The notes below the pieces were generated by a model that saw only the letters and a list, made by a program, of their open reading frames with translations, was not told the origin of the DNA and ran no database searches. Positions 8,066 to 17,444 of a stretch of DNA of 64,000 nucleotides are shown piece after piece. Source of the DNA: Candidatus Hydrogenedentota bacterium (GTDB lineage: Bacteria > Hydrogenedentota > Hydrogenedentia > Hydrogenedentales > SLHB01); assembly GCA_963668025.2 (NCBI GenBank), contig CAXXTH010000021.1, positions 32,001 to 96,000 on the forward strand, in the 5' to 3' direction. Position 1 is the stretch's first letter, and every line of letters begins with the position of its first letter. Position numbers and translations under genes: made by a program.

Positions 8066-8813
8066 GCCCATTCTGCACGATACGCTCAATCCGGCCCCCT
8101 TGGCCACCGCCATAGCCGGTTCGCGCGTGTTAGTGTATGATACGGTTGATTCGACCAACGAATGCGCGTTGCGCATCGGCGGCGATGGAACGGCCATTGT
8201 CGCGGAACGGCAGACGGCGGGCCGGGGCCGGCGCGGGCGTTCATGGGAAAGCGCGGCAGGGCTGGGTTTGTGGTTCAGTGTCGCCTTCGAGCTGCCCACG
8301 GAAGGCTTGCCCTTTGGAGCGCCCTTGGCGGTATGCGCCGCCCTTCGGGGACTGCTGGCGGGCACGGACCTTGCCCCTCGAGTCAAATGGCCCAATGATG
8401 TGCTGTTGAATGGTAAAAAAATCTGCGGCATGCTCGTGGAGACCCGCCAAGGCCGGATTGCCTTGGGCATCGGGATCAATGTCCATCATGCGAAAGAGGA
8501 TTTCCCGGTAGGCTTGCGGGAGGTGGCGACTTCCCTTGCCATCGAGGCGGGCCAGCATTTCGTACGGGGTGCGGTGCTCCGCGCGGTGTTAGGCGAGTTG
8601 GACAAGCGGGTGGCGGTGCTTCGCGCGGGCGGCGTCAGCGCCATTTGGCGCGAGTGGGCGGATGCTTGCGGTATGAAAGGGCGGCTGGTGCGCTGTGACG
8701 AGATGCAAGGCCGTGTCGCGGCTATCGAGGAAAGCGGGGCCTTGCTGCTAGAAACCGCGCAAGGAATGCGGCCCGTGCCATTCGGCGCGTCAGTGGAAGT
8801 ATTGGAAACATAA
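8058..8813 (+). CDS. birA: Biotin--[acetyl-CoA-carboxylase] ligase (no HTH)
   Basis: DSTN, QTAGRGRRGRSW, KWPNDV, KICGML, GIGINV. Confidence 0.95.
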   Translation: MPEPILHDTLNPAPLATAIAGSRVLVYDTVDSTNECALRIGGDGTAIVAERQTAGRGRRGRSWESAAGLGLWFSVAFELPTEGLPFGAPLAVCAALRGLLAGTDLAPRVKWPNDVLLNGKKICGMLVETRQGRIALGIGINVHHAKEDFPVGLREVATSLAIEAGQHFVRGAVLRAVLGELDKRVAVLRAGGVSAIWREWADACGMKGRLVRCDEMQGRVAAIEESGALLLETAQGMRPVPFGASVEVLET

Positions 8814-8868
8814 TATGCCGGGAAGCGCGTTTGGTGGCGGCGCTTCTAATGAATAGGGAGTATGGGCG

Positions 8869-9645
8869 ATGTTGCTGGTGATGGATGTGGGCAATTCGCA
8901 CACCGTGCTGGGCCTGTATGAAGGCGAGGCCATCCTGGGCCATTGGCGCATCGTCACGAGCAGCCACCGTACATCCGACGAATTGCGCATCTTGCTGCTG
9001 GGCCTCATGCAGCAGGAGAACATTGAACGGACGCGCATTCGCGGCTGCTGCATTTCCAGCGTCGTGCCTGCGTTTAATCAAGCCATCGAACAAGCCTCCC
9101 ACGACGCCTTTGGCATCGAACCGCTATTCATCGGGCCAGGTGTGAAAACAGGCCTTGTCATTCAAGTGGAAAATCCCAAAGAAGTAGGCGCGGACCGTAT
9201 CGCCAATGCCGTGGGGGCCATGGCGGCATATTCCGGCGCGCTGATCGTCGTCGATTTCGGTACGGCCACCACGTTTGACGCCATCACATCGAGAGGCGAG
9301 TTTCGCGGCGGGGTCATCGTCCCGGGCGTGCAAATTTCCGCCGATGCGCTCTTCGAGCGCTGCGCCAAACTGCCCCACGTGGATATTTGCGCGCCGCCGC
9401 AGGTGATCGGCCGCGACACCATCTCGAATATCCGCTCGGGCCTGACCTATGGCTACGCCGACTTGGTGGACGGCCTTATCGCGCGTATCGCGGATGAAAT
9501 GGGCGAACCCACGACGGTTGTCGCCACCGGTGGTTTATCGGAGTTGATCGCGAAGATCGCCAAGCGGATCGAACACTTGGATCCGCTCTTGACTCTGACC
9601 GGTTTGAAACTTATTTTTGAGAGAAACATGAAGGAACGCGCATGA
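8869..9645 (+). CDS. coaX: Type III pantothenate kinase
   Basis: DVGNS, SSVVP, EVGADR, VVDFGTATTFD, VATGG. Confidence 0.96.
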   Translation: MLLVMDVGNSHTVLGLYEGEAILGHWRIVTSSHRTSDELRILLLGLMQQENIERTRIRGCCISSVVPAFNQAIEQASHDAFGIEPLFIGPGVKTGLVIQVENPKEVGADRIANAVGAMAAYSGALIVVDFGTATTFDAITSRGEFRGGVIVPGVQISADALFERCAKLPHVDICAPPQVIGRDTISNIRSGLTYGYADLVDGLIARIADEMGEPTTVVATGGLSELIAKIAKRIEHLDPLLTLTGLKLIFERNMKERA

Positions 9646-12173
9646 AGCGCTGGATGGCCATAGCGGCGCTGTTGGCGGCGGCATGCTGGACGGGATGCAG
9701 TCCCGCGCCCACGAACGCGCCTGCCCCCGTGGAGCCGGAAACAGCCCCCGCGTCGGCGGAAAGTGCCTCTCCCGCCGCCCCGGAACCCCCCAAAGATGCG
9801 TTCTCCGCCACGGGCGGCATCGAGCTGGCGTTCTATGATGACCGCCCCACGGCGGGTGAAGCGCCGAAAACCTTCACCATTGCGGCCCCGAATGTCGCGT
9901 TTGATTCCAAAGGCATGGCTTCGTTCAAGAAAGCCGAAGCGGTTCTGTATGGACGCGATGGGGCGGAATTCCACCTAAGCGCTGGGGCGGGGGAATTCGA
10001 CAAAGTTACCGGCCAGGCGAAGCTTGCGGAAGGCGTTGTCATGTCCTCCGGCGCGTTGAAAATCGAACTGCAAGACGTGGTTTGGGATAATACGCAGCGC
10101 CAGGCGCGCTCGGATAACCCCGTGGTGATCACCATGGGCGCGACGCGGTTGCAAGCGGCGATATTCTGTTTCACCCCTGAAGGGCAATTGCTCGATATCT
10201 CCGGTGTCGAGGGCGTTGTCGATCTGGCTGGCATGGAAGCGGTTGGCGCGGGGAAAGCGGCGGACGCGGCCAGCGAGACGCCGCCCGAGCCAGATAAAAA
10301 GCCGGAGCCGGAGCCGGAACAAAAAACGCCAGCGCTTTCGCCAGAAGAAGCGCAGAAAGCATTCGCCAATGCAAAATTTAGCCGCATGGTGTTGTCCAAA
10401 GCGCCGGAACTGCGCATGGCGGCCATGCGCCTCGAATACATCCGTGGCGGAGTGTCTATCCAATTGGCCTCCGAGGAGTCCGGCGTTGAACCCGTCAGCA
10501 TAGAAGCGAAAGATGTCGCGTTTGATTATGCGCAGAATGCCGGAGCGTCCATGCCCGCCTTGGTGCGGCTCGATGGCGGCGTGAAGGTCAATGGCCCTAC
10601 TGGGGCTATCGAATCGGCGAAGGCGGAGCTGGATTTGCAGGCAAAGCGCTTCCGGTTCGAAGGCGGCGTGTCGGGCGCATCACCCGGCGTCGAGTCGTTT
10701 CGCGCCTCCAACCTCACGTACCAGCCGGGCCGTGTGGCGCTCGATGGCGGCGTGGACCTGAAGAGCGGCGAAATGGCGGTTCAGGCGTCCGCCGTGGCGC
10801 TCGATGGAGAAAAAGACGTGTTGTCGGCCACGGGCAAAGTGCGCATTGACAGCCCGCAAGGGCTGGTTCTCGCGGGAGAAGCCGAACGGGATGGAAAGCA
10901 GCGCGCCATGACTTTCAAGGGCGGCGTGTCGCTGGATGGCCCCGAGGGCAAGGTCAGTGCTGGTTCCGCCCTTATTGATGACGCCAGCGGCACGATGACC
11001 TTCACGGGAAACGTGCAAGGCAGCATGGGCGAGATTAAGGATTTCCGCGCTTCGCGCATTGTGCGCAACACCAAGACGGGCGATGCGGATATCACGGATT
11101 TGACTGTGCGTGAAATGGCGCTGGGTAGCGGCGACCCCGCCCAATCTCCCGGCGGCATGAGTTTCAACAAAATTTCCATCGAGAAGGCCCCGAAGGTTTC
11201 CGTCAAATCGGGCAGCGTCGAACGCATCATGGGCGGCGTGGATTTTAGCCTGCAATCCGCGAAACCCGGCGAAGCGCCCATGCATGTCTTGGCGGACCAA
11301 GCGGAATTTCTATATACCACCCAAGGCGGGAAAATGCCGGACAAGGTGGTCCTTACTGGCAATGTGCTTGTCGATGGCCCCATGGGGAGCATCCACTCGA
11401 AAAAGGGCGAACTCGAGACGGCCTCGAAGCGTTTCGTGTTTTCGGGGAACGTCGCCGGTTCGGCGGGGCCCGTGGGCGATTTTAAGGCCGATACCCTCAC
11501 ATACGATACCGCGCAAGCCGTTCTCGATGGGCATGTGGATGTGGCGCATCCGGATGGCCATATTCGGGCGGACAAAGGCGTGTTGAACACCACGACCGGG
11601 GATCTGGAGTTTTCGGGGAATCTGAAAGCCGATACGCCGCAAGCCCAGGGCGTATCCGCCAGCAGGCTGGTGTATAACCAAAAAACGAAAGCGTTCACGC
11701 TGTATGAGTCCCAAACGCAGACCGTGCAGCTCGAACGTAAGAAGCCGCTCGATTCGCCGGAGCTCCGAACGGCGGATGTCCGGGATTGGCCTGGCTGGCT
11801 GGCGAAAATGCGCGGACAAGCCGCTCAGGACGCCCCCTCGCCCGGCAAACGGCTCATGTCTCTTTTGCCTCCCGATTTTGCCGCCGCATTGGGGCGTTTG
11901 TCCGCGGGAAAAACGCCGAACGGCAGTGTGCAGGGCGAAATCACGAAGGCAGTAAACGCCATATTGGCGCAACGTGATTTTTACGACGCGCCGTCCTGGC
12001 AGGGCATGGGGCTCGAACCGGAGGCGCAGGAATTGCTGGCCAAAGATAGGGCTTCCTTATCTAGCAAAGACATTCTCCGGCTGAATCGGCTGCTCTTGGA
12101 GGCGGCGTATCCAGCGGAACTCACACGGGCCTCACAGAGGCCCCCCGAAGCGGGTGCGGAAGAACATGGATGA
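9642..12173 (+). CDS. Large lipoprotein with LptC-like and multiple LptA/OstA-like beta-jellyroll repeats
   Basis: Lipobox-like signal (..CWTGC), repeated L.G(G/N)V.(V/I)..P.G.I.A..A strands, and position directly before lptB. Confidence 0.7.
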   Translation: MKRWMAIAALLAAACWTGCSPAPTNAPAPVEPETAPASAESASPAAPEPPKDAFSATGGIELAFYDDRPTAGEAPKTFTIAAPNVAFDSKGMASFKKAEAVLYGRDGAEFHLSAGAGEFDKVTGQAKLAEGVVMSSGALKIELQDVVWDNTQRQARSDNPVVITMGATRLQAAIFCFTPEGQLLDISGVEGVVDLAGMEAVGAGKAADAASETPPEPDKKPEPEPEQKTPALSPEEAQKAFANAKFSRMVLSKAPELRMAAMRLEYIRGGVSIQLASEESGVEPVSIEAKDVAFDYAQNAGASMPALVRLDGGVKVNGPTGAIESAKAELDLQAKRFRFEGGVSGASPGVESFRASNLTYQPGRVALDGGVDLKSGEMAVQASAVALDGEKDVLSATGKVRIDSPQGLVLAGEAERDGKQRAMTFKGGVSLDGPEGKVSAGSALIDDASGTMTFTGNVQGSMGEIKDFRASRIVRNTKTGDADITDLTVREMALGSGDPAQSPGGMSFNKISIEKAPKVSVKSGSVERIMGGVDFSLQSAKPGEAPMHVLADQAEFLYTTQGGKMPDKVVLTGNVLVDGPMGSIHSKKGELETASKRFVFSGNVAGSAGPVGDFKADTLTYDTAQAVLDGHVDVAHPDGHIRADKGVLNTTTGDLEFSGNLKADTPQAQGVSASRLVYNQKTKAFTLYESQTQTVQLERKKPLDSPELRTADVRDWPGWLAKMRGQAAQDAPSPGKRLMSLLPPDFAAALGRLSAGKTPNGSVQGEITKAVNAILAQRDFYDAPSWQGMGLEPEAQELLAKDRASLSSKDILRLNRLLLEAAYPAELTRASQRPPEAGAEEHG

Positions 12174-12984
12174 ACTGCCTACCATAACCGGCAATGAAGA
12201 GCGGGCGGCATTGCTCGCGCGCGGCGTCCGTGAAACGGAAGGCCCGCCATTGCTGCGTATTGATAACGTGATCAAGCAATTCAAGCGCCGGGTCGTAGTG
12301 AACGAAGTGACGGTCGAACTGCGTGCGGGCGAGATCGTGGGATTGCTCGGGCCGAATGGCGCAGGCAAAACGACCACATTCCGCATAGCCGTAGGCATGT
12401 TGCGGCCTACGAGCGGCATTGTGTGGTTCGATGGGCGCGATATCACGCATTTGCCCATGTATAAACGGGCGCGGGCGGGCATCGCGTATCTGCCGCAAGA
12501 ACCGTCCGTATTCCGCAAGCTCACCGTACGCCAGAATCTTCTTGCCGTGCTCGAATATTTGCCCATGTCGCGGCAAGCGCGCCGCGACCGGGCCAGCGCC
12601 TTACTCGAAGAGTTCGGCATTCAGCATGTAGCCGAAAGCCCAGCCTATACCCTCTCGGGCGGTGAACGCCGCCGCACCGAGATCTGCCGCGCCCTAGTGA
12701 CCGATCCAAAGGCGTTCTTGCTCGATGAGCCTTTCGCGGGCATTGATCCCATCGCCGTGGCGGATTTGCAAGATATGGTGGCCTCGCTCAAAGACAGGGG
12801 CATTGGCGTCTTGGTGACGGACCACAATGTGCGCGAGACCCTCGCCATCACGGACCGCGCGTATATTTTAAGCGAAGGGAAAGTGGTCGTAGCGGGCACG
12901 CCCCGGGAGATCGCGGAAAATCCCATCGCCAAACGGACCTACCTAGGCGAGAAGTTTCGCATGGATTTCGATGAGGCGTCCTAG
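12166..12984 (+). CDS. lptB: LPS export ABC transporter ATPase
   Basis: GLLGPNGAGKTT, YLPQEPSVFRKLTV, LSGGERRR, LLDEPFAGIDPIAV, TDHNVRETL. Confidence 0.97.
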   Translation: MDELPTITGNEERAALLARGVRETEGPPLLRIDNVIKQFKRRVVVNEVTVELRAGEIVGLLGPNGAGKTTTFRIAVGMLRPTSGIVWFDGRDITHLPMYKRARAGIAYLPQEPSVFRKLTVRQNLLAVLEYLPMSRQARRDRASALLEEFGIQHVAESPAYTLSGGERRRTEICRALVTDPKAFLLDEPFAGIDPIAVADLQDMVASLKDRGIGVLVTDHNVRETLAITDRAYILSEGKVVVAGTPREIAENPIAKRTYLGEKFRMDFDEAS

Positions 12985-13081
12985 ATGATCGGGCAGAGCG
13001 GACCGATCCGTCGGAGCTTCGATCATCCATTGCGCAAAACCGCCTATATTTTGAAGCTGTTTCCGTGCGTTGTCTTGGTTC

Positions 13082-13110
13082 TTGACACCCCGTTAGGCAT
13101 ATGCTATCAT
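13082..13110 (+). promoter_or_regulatory. Sigma-70-type promoter of the tRNA cluster
   Basis: TTGACA-17 bp-TATCAT with extended TG. Confidence 0.75.
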
Positions 13111-13123
13111 CCGCACTCGCTGA

Positions 13124-13198
<75 letters not shown>

Positions 13199-13251
13199 TT
13201 TTTTTGTTTTAGACGGCTTTGAGGCAGAATTTGTCAAAAGCCTGGGACATG

Positions 13252-13327
13252 GGGCGGCTAGCTCAGGTGGTAGAGCAGGGGACTCTTAATCCCAAGGTCG
13301 GGGGTTCGAATCCCTCGCCGCCCACCA
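13252..13327 (+). tRNA. tRNA-Lys(CTT)
   Basis: Acceptor GGGCGGC/GCCGCCC, loop CTCTTAA, GTTCGAATC, CCA. Confidence 0.96.
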
Positions 13328-13439
13328 GTTTTGTTCGTATTTCCGGCAAGGCCGGTGAACGGCCGGGCGGAAGCCTATTTCACGGAGCCAGGCTCCGCCC
13401 GCACCCGCATCAGCCAATACTCCGATTCTGAACCAAGCC

Positions 13440-13524
13440 GGGCGAGTGGCGGAATTGGCAGACGCGCTGGACTTAGGATCCAGTATCGCAAGGTGTGCGG
13501 GTTCGAGTCCCGCCTCGCCCACCA
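13440..13524 (+). tRNA. tRNA-Leu(TAG)
   Basis: Acceptor GGGCGAG/CTCGCCC, CTGGA-CTTAGGA-TCCAG, long variable arm, CCA. Confidence 0.96.
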
Positions 13525-13600
13525 AAAGATTTCGATGGCGGCTGCGTATGTGTGGAAAGCCGCCAAGCTGAGGCCAACCTAATCGAAAGAGATGCTAGCG

Positions 13601-15082
13601 ATGGCTGACAACGAAAACAACGAAGCAACCGCCAATGGCGCCGCCGCAACCGATGCGGCCAATCACAAACATGAGCATGGCCATGGCCATGCGCATGGCC
13701 ACGAGCACGAAGAAGAAAAAGAAGTCTTCGTCGAGGCTCCTGTGTTCAATATCGAGTACAAGGGTGAATGCGCCTATGAAGTAGGCGTCACCATTGCCGC
13801 TACGAACAAACAAAAGCAATCGGATGAACTCATCAATGAGTTGAAAGATGAAGCCGAAGTGCCGGGATTCCGCAGAGGCCGCGCCCCGCGCAAGCTCATC
13901 GAACGCAAGTTCGCCCATGCCGTCCGCAGTGAAGTGGAGAATAAGCTCGTCAGCGCCGCGTTCCGCAAGCTGGTTAAAGACGAAAAACTCCACCCTATCG
14001 CCATGCCCGATATTGATGGCCTCGAGGCCGACAAAGAACGCAAGCAAGAAGATCCGCTCGTGTTCACCTTCAAGTTCGAAGTCTCGCCCCGAGTCGAGCT
14101 CGGCAAATACCGCGGCATCGAAGTGGAGCGTCCGGTCTTGGAAGTGGATGAAAGCGAAATAGACGCCCGCATCGAAGAGCTTCGCGCCCGGCATGCGGTC
14201 TTCGATACGCTGGAAGGCGGCATCGCCGCCGATGGCGATCAAGTCGTGATCGACTTTACAGGCAAAATCAATGGCGAGGAATTCCAAGGCGGTTCCGCCA
14301 AGAGCTATCCGTACATTCTCGGAACGGGCCGCCTTATGCCCGAGTTCGAGAAGGTGTTGCTGGGCAGTTCTCCTGGCGATGAACTCTCTTGCGAAGTGAC
14401 ATTCCCTGGCGATTATTTCGCGGAGCAGTTGCGCGGCAAGCAAGCTGCTTTCTCCATTTCAGTGAAAGAAGTCAAGCGCCGCACCTTGCCGGAATTGGAT
14501 GATAAATTCGCCAAAGAAGCGGGATATGAAGACGCCGCCGATATGCGCGTAAAGATCGCCGAAGCCATGCGCAAATCGGCGGATGACTTTGGCAAGCAGA
14601 TCGCCGAAGAACGCGCCATGAATGCCATCATCGAGGACAGCACCTTCGAAATCCCGAAGAGCCTTATCAAGTCTTCCACCGATGAATACTATCGTAACGC
14701 CATCCGGCGCATGCTGCATGCCCGCGTGCCCATGGAGCAGATCCGCGCTCAAGAAGCAGAGCTGCTTAAAGAATCCGAGGCGGACGCCATTCGTGACATT
14801 AAGCGGGTGGTCGCGCTAAGTGAAATCAGTGAAGCGGAAGGCATCGAAGTCACCGATGAAGACTTCGAGCAAGAAATGTTGTCTTCAGCCCAGCGCATGG
14901 GCGTTGATATGAATGTGCTTGGCAACTATATCAACGAGGATGAAGAGCGCCGTAACACCTACGAAGACCGTATTCACCGGGCTAAGGCGATGAAGCTGAT
15001 CCTGGACAACGCGGTGATTACCGAAAAGAAGGTATCGCGCGAGGAACTCGAGAAGGACGCCGAGGCGGAAAGCAAGGACTGA
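13601..15082 (+). CDS. tig: Trigger factor with His-rich N-terminal extension
   Basis: [10 protein letters not shown] ribosome-binding motif, FKBP domain ([10 protein letters not shown]...FPGDY..EQLRGK), and position before clpP. Confidence 0.95.
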   Translation: MADNENNEATANGAAATDAANHKHEHGHGHAHGHEHEEEKEVFVEAPVFNIEYKGECAYEVGVTIAATNKQKQSDELINELKDEAEVPGFRRGRAPRKLIERKFAHAVRSEVENKLVSAAFRKLVKDEKLHPIAMPDIDGLEADKERKQEDPLVFTFKFEVSPRVELGKYRGIEVERPVLEVDESEIDARIEELRARHAVFDTLEGGIAADGDQVVIDFTGKINGEEFQGGSAKSYPYILGTGRLMPEFEKVLLGSSPGDELSCEVTFPGDYFAEQLRGKQAAFSISVKEVKRRTLPELDDKFAKEAGYEDAADMRVKIAEAMRKSADDFGKQIAEERAMNAIIEDSTFEIPKSLIKSSTDEYYRNAIRRMLHARVPMEQIRAQEAELLKESEADAIRDIKRVVALSEISEAEGIEVTDEDFEQEMLSSAQRMGVDMNVLGNYINEDEERRNTYEDRIHRAKAMKLILDNAVITEKKVSREELEKDAEAESKD

Positions 15083-15086
15083 GCCC

Positions 15087-15674
15087 GTGGTAACCATATA
15101 CGAGCAGACCAGCCGGGGCGAACGCCCCTATGATATATACTCGAGGCTCCTGAGCGATCGGATTGTCTTCCTGGGCATGCCCATTGATGACATGGTGGCG
15201 AATTACACCATCGCCCAGCTCTTGTACCTCGAATCGGAAGATCCCGATAAAGATATCCATTTGTACATTAACACCCCCGGCGGCAGTGTCACCGCCGGGC
15301 TGGCTATTTATGACACGATGCAGTTCATCAAGCCCGATGTCGCCACGTTATGCGTTGGCCAAGCAGCCAGCATGGGCGCGGTGCTCATGAGCGCGGGGGC
15401 CAAAGGCAAACGTTATGCTTTGCCCTATTCCCGCTTTCTCCTCCACCAGCTCGCCACTGGCGGGCTTCATGGCCCAGCTTCGGATATCGACATCCAAGCC
15501 CGGGAAATTGTGCGCATAGGGGATATTATTGACGAGATACTCGTCCGCCATACCGGCCAGTCACTTGAAGTGCTTCGCCGGGATAGCGACCGGGACTTTT
15601 TTATGGATGCGCATGAAGCGCTGGAATATGGGCTAGTGGACGAAATACTCCACCGGCAGCAGATGGTTAAATAA
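15087..15674 (+). CDS. clpP: ATP-dependent Clp protease proteolytic subunit
   Basis: [26 protein letters not shown] and RD catalytic motifs. Confidence 0.97.
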   Translation: MVTIYEQTSRGERPYDIYSRLLSDRIVFLGMPIDDMVANYTIAQLLYLESEDPDKDIHLYINTPGGSVTAGLAIYDTMQFIKPDVATLCVGQAASMGAVLMSAGAKGKRYALPYSRFLLHQLATGGLHGPASDIDIQAREIVRIGDIIDEILVRHTGQSLEVLRRDSDRDFFMDAHEALEYGLVDEILHRQQMVK

Positions 15675-15958
15675 CGGAAAAAGAATTACTTAGTTAAGCG
15701 GGCATACGTATTCTGGCTCCAGCGCGAAACGCTGGCGGGAACCTGCCGCTTCAAAAATGGCATCAACAACAGGTGAGTGGCGTGGCTGTCATGTAGCTCA
15801 CCGCGCTCCATGGTTTATTCCAGTGTGGTGCAGTTGAATAGGCCTCACATGTGGCGAAAAACCACTTTTATTTGCCGGAAAAGCGGGATGCCGTGGTATA
15901 ATAACACCGGTGCGTGCATGGTGCGGTTTACACCGTCTTGGGCGGAAAAAGTAAACTA

Positions 15959-15987
15959 TTGACAAACCGCGCGACAAATGATATAAC
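15959..15987 (+). promoter_or_regulatory. Sigma-70-type promoter for clpX
   Basis: TTGACA-17 bp-TATAAC with extended TG. Confidence 0.65.
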
Positions 15988-16019
15988 GCTCACTGGCAGT
16001 TTACCGAAGGGAGGTTTAG

Positions 16020-17300
16020 ATGTCTCCACCTCGTTCTCGCGGAGAGGTCCACACCTGCTCGTTCTGTGGCAAGCGTCAGGAAGAAGTCGACAAACTCATT
16101 GCGGGCCCAGATGTTAATATCTGCGATGAATGTGTCGCCCTCTGTGCCGAAATTGTAGCGGAAGATCGGGCAAAAAAAGGCGTTTCCCATAGTCTACGAG
16201 TTCCGAAACCCGTGGAAATTAAAAGTTTCCTCGATCAGTTCGTCATCGGGCAGGAAAGGGCGAAACGCATCTTGTCCGTGGCGGTCCACAACCACTATAA
16301 ACGCATATCCGCGGGTGGGGAAGTGGACGGAGTCGAAATTCAGAAGTCCAATGTTTTGCTGATTGGGCCTTCGGGCTGCGGCAAGACGCTCTTGGCGGAG
16401 ACTTTGGCCAAGCTGTTGGATGTGCCCTTTGCGGTGGTGGATGCGACAACGCTCACCGAAGCAGGGTACGTGGGCGATGATGTCGAGAATGTCATCCTGA
16501 AGCTCCTGCAATCGGCGGAGTTCGATTCCGCTCGCGCGGAAATGGGCATCGTCTACATCGACGAGATCGACAAGATCGCCCGCAAGAGCGACAGCCCGTC
16601 CATCACGCGCGATGTATCGGGCGAAGGCGTGCAGCAAGCCCTGCTGAAGCTGCTCGAGGGCACCGTCGCCAATGTGCCGCCACAGGGCGGGCGCAAGCAT
16701 CCGCAGCAAGAATGCATTCAAGTGGACACGACGAACATCCTGTTTATCTGCGGCGGGGCGTTCAACGGGCTCGATAAGATCATCGAAAAGCGCGCCCGCA
16801 AGAGCGTCATCGGGTTTAATGCGGATATTCAATCCAAGAAAGAACGCCGCATCGGCGAATTGCTCGAGATGATCGAGCCGGAGGATCTGATCAAGTTTGG
16901 CATGATCCCCGAATTTTCGGGCCGCCTTCCCATCATCGCCACGCTGAACGAGCTGGACCGGGAAGATTTGATACGCATTTTGCTTGAACCGCGCAATGCG
17001 ATTGTGCGGCAATACGAGAAGCTCTTCGAAATGGAAGGGGTGAAGCTGCATTTCCAGGATGAAGCCATCGAGGCCGTGGCGGACAGCGCGATTTCGAAAG
17101 ATACGGGCGCACGCGGGCTTCGGGCGATTCTCGAGGAAGTCATGCTGGACATCATGTTTGATGTGCCCTCCCATGAGGATTTGCGCGAATGCGTGATTAC
17201 CCAAGGGGTGATCCAGAAAAAAGAAGAGCCGTTGTTGGTTTTCAAACGCAGCCAGGCCGAACCCACGGAGGGGGAGAAGGGGCGTTCCGCATTAGCTTGA
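16020..17300 (+). CDS. clpX: ATP-dependent Clp protease ATPase subunit
   Basis: CSFCGK zinc finger, [28 protein letters not shown] loop. Confidence 0.98.
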   Translation: MSPPRSRGEVHTCSFCGKRQEEVDKLIAGPDVNICDECVALCAEIVAEDRAKKGVSHSLRVPKPVEIKSFLDQFVIGQERAKRILSVAVHNHYKRISAGGEVDGVEIQKSNVLLIGPSGCGKTLLAETLAKLLDVPFAVVDATTLTEAGYVGDDVENVILKLLQSAEFDSARAEMGIVYIDEIDKIARKSDSPSITRDVSGEGVQQALLKLLEGTVANVPPQGGRKHPQQECIQVDTTNILFICGGAFNGLDKIIEKRARKSVIGFNADIQSKKERRIGELLEMIEPEDLIKFGMIPEFSGRLPIIATLNELDREDLIRILLEPRNAIVRQYEKLFEMEGVKLHFQDEAIEAVADSAISKDTGARGLRAILEEVMLDIMFDVPSHEDLRECVITQGVIQKKEEPLLVFKRSQAEPTEGEKGRSALA

Positions 17301-17360
17301 CCCCACGGCTGGCCTAAACAGTCTAAAGCCCTCGATCAGGCGCAAGAGGGGTTTCCGAGA

Positions 17361-17392
17361 AAGCCGGAAGGGCGCCGCCCTTCCGGCCTTCT
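17361..17392 (+). terminator. Hairpin after clpX (terminator or processing stem)
   Basis: GCCGGAAGGGC-GCC-GCCCTTCCGGC followed by CTTCTT. Confidence 0.55.
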
Positions 17393-17444
17393 TATGCGCT
17401 CCGAATGACGGAGCCTAGCCTGCGCCGCACAAATGAGGTGTGTG

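Noticed and set aside
15675-15960. ncRNA between clpP and clpX
   Set aside because: Only a short CCAGCG/CGCTGG hairpin; no recognisable family.
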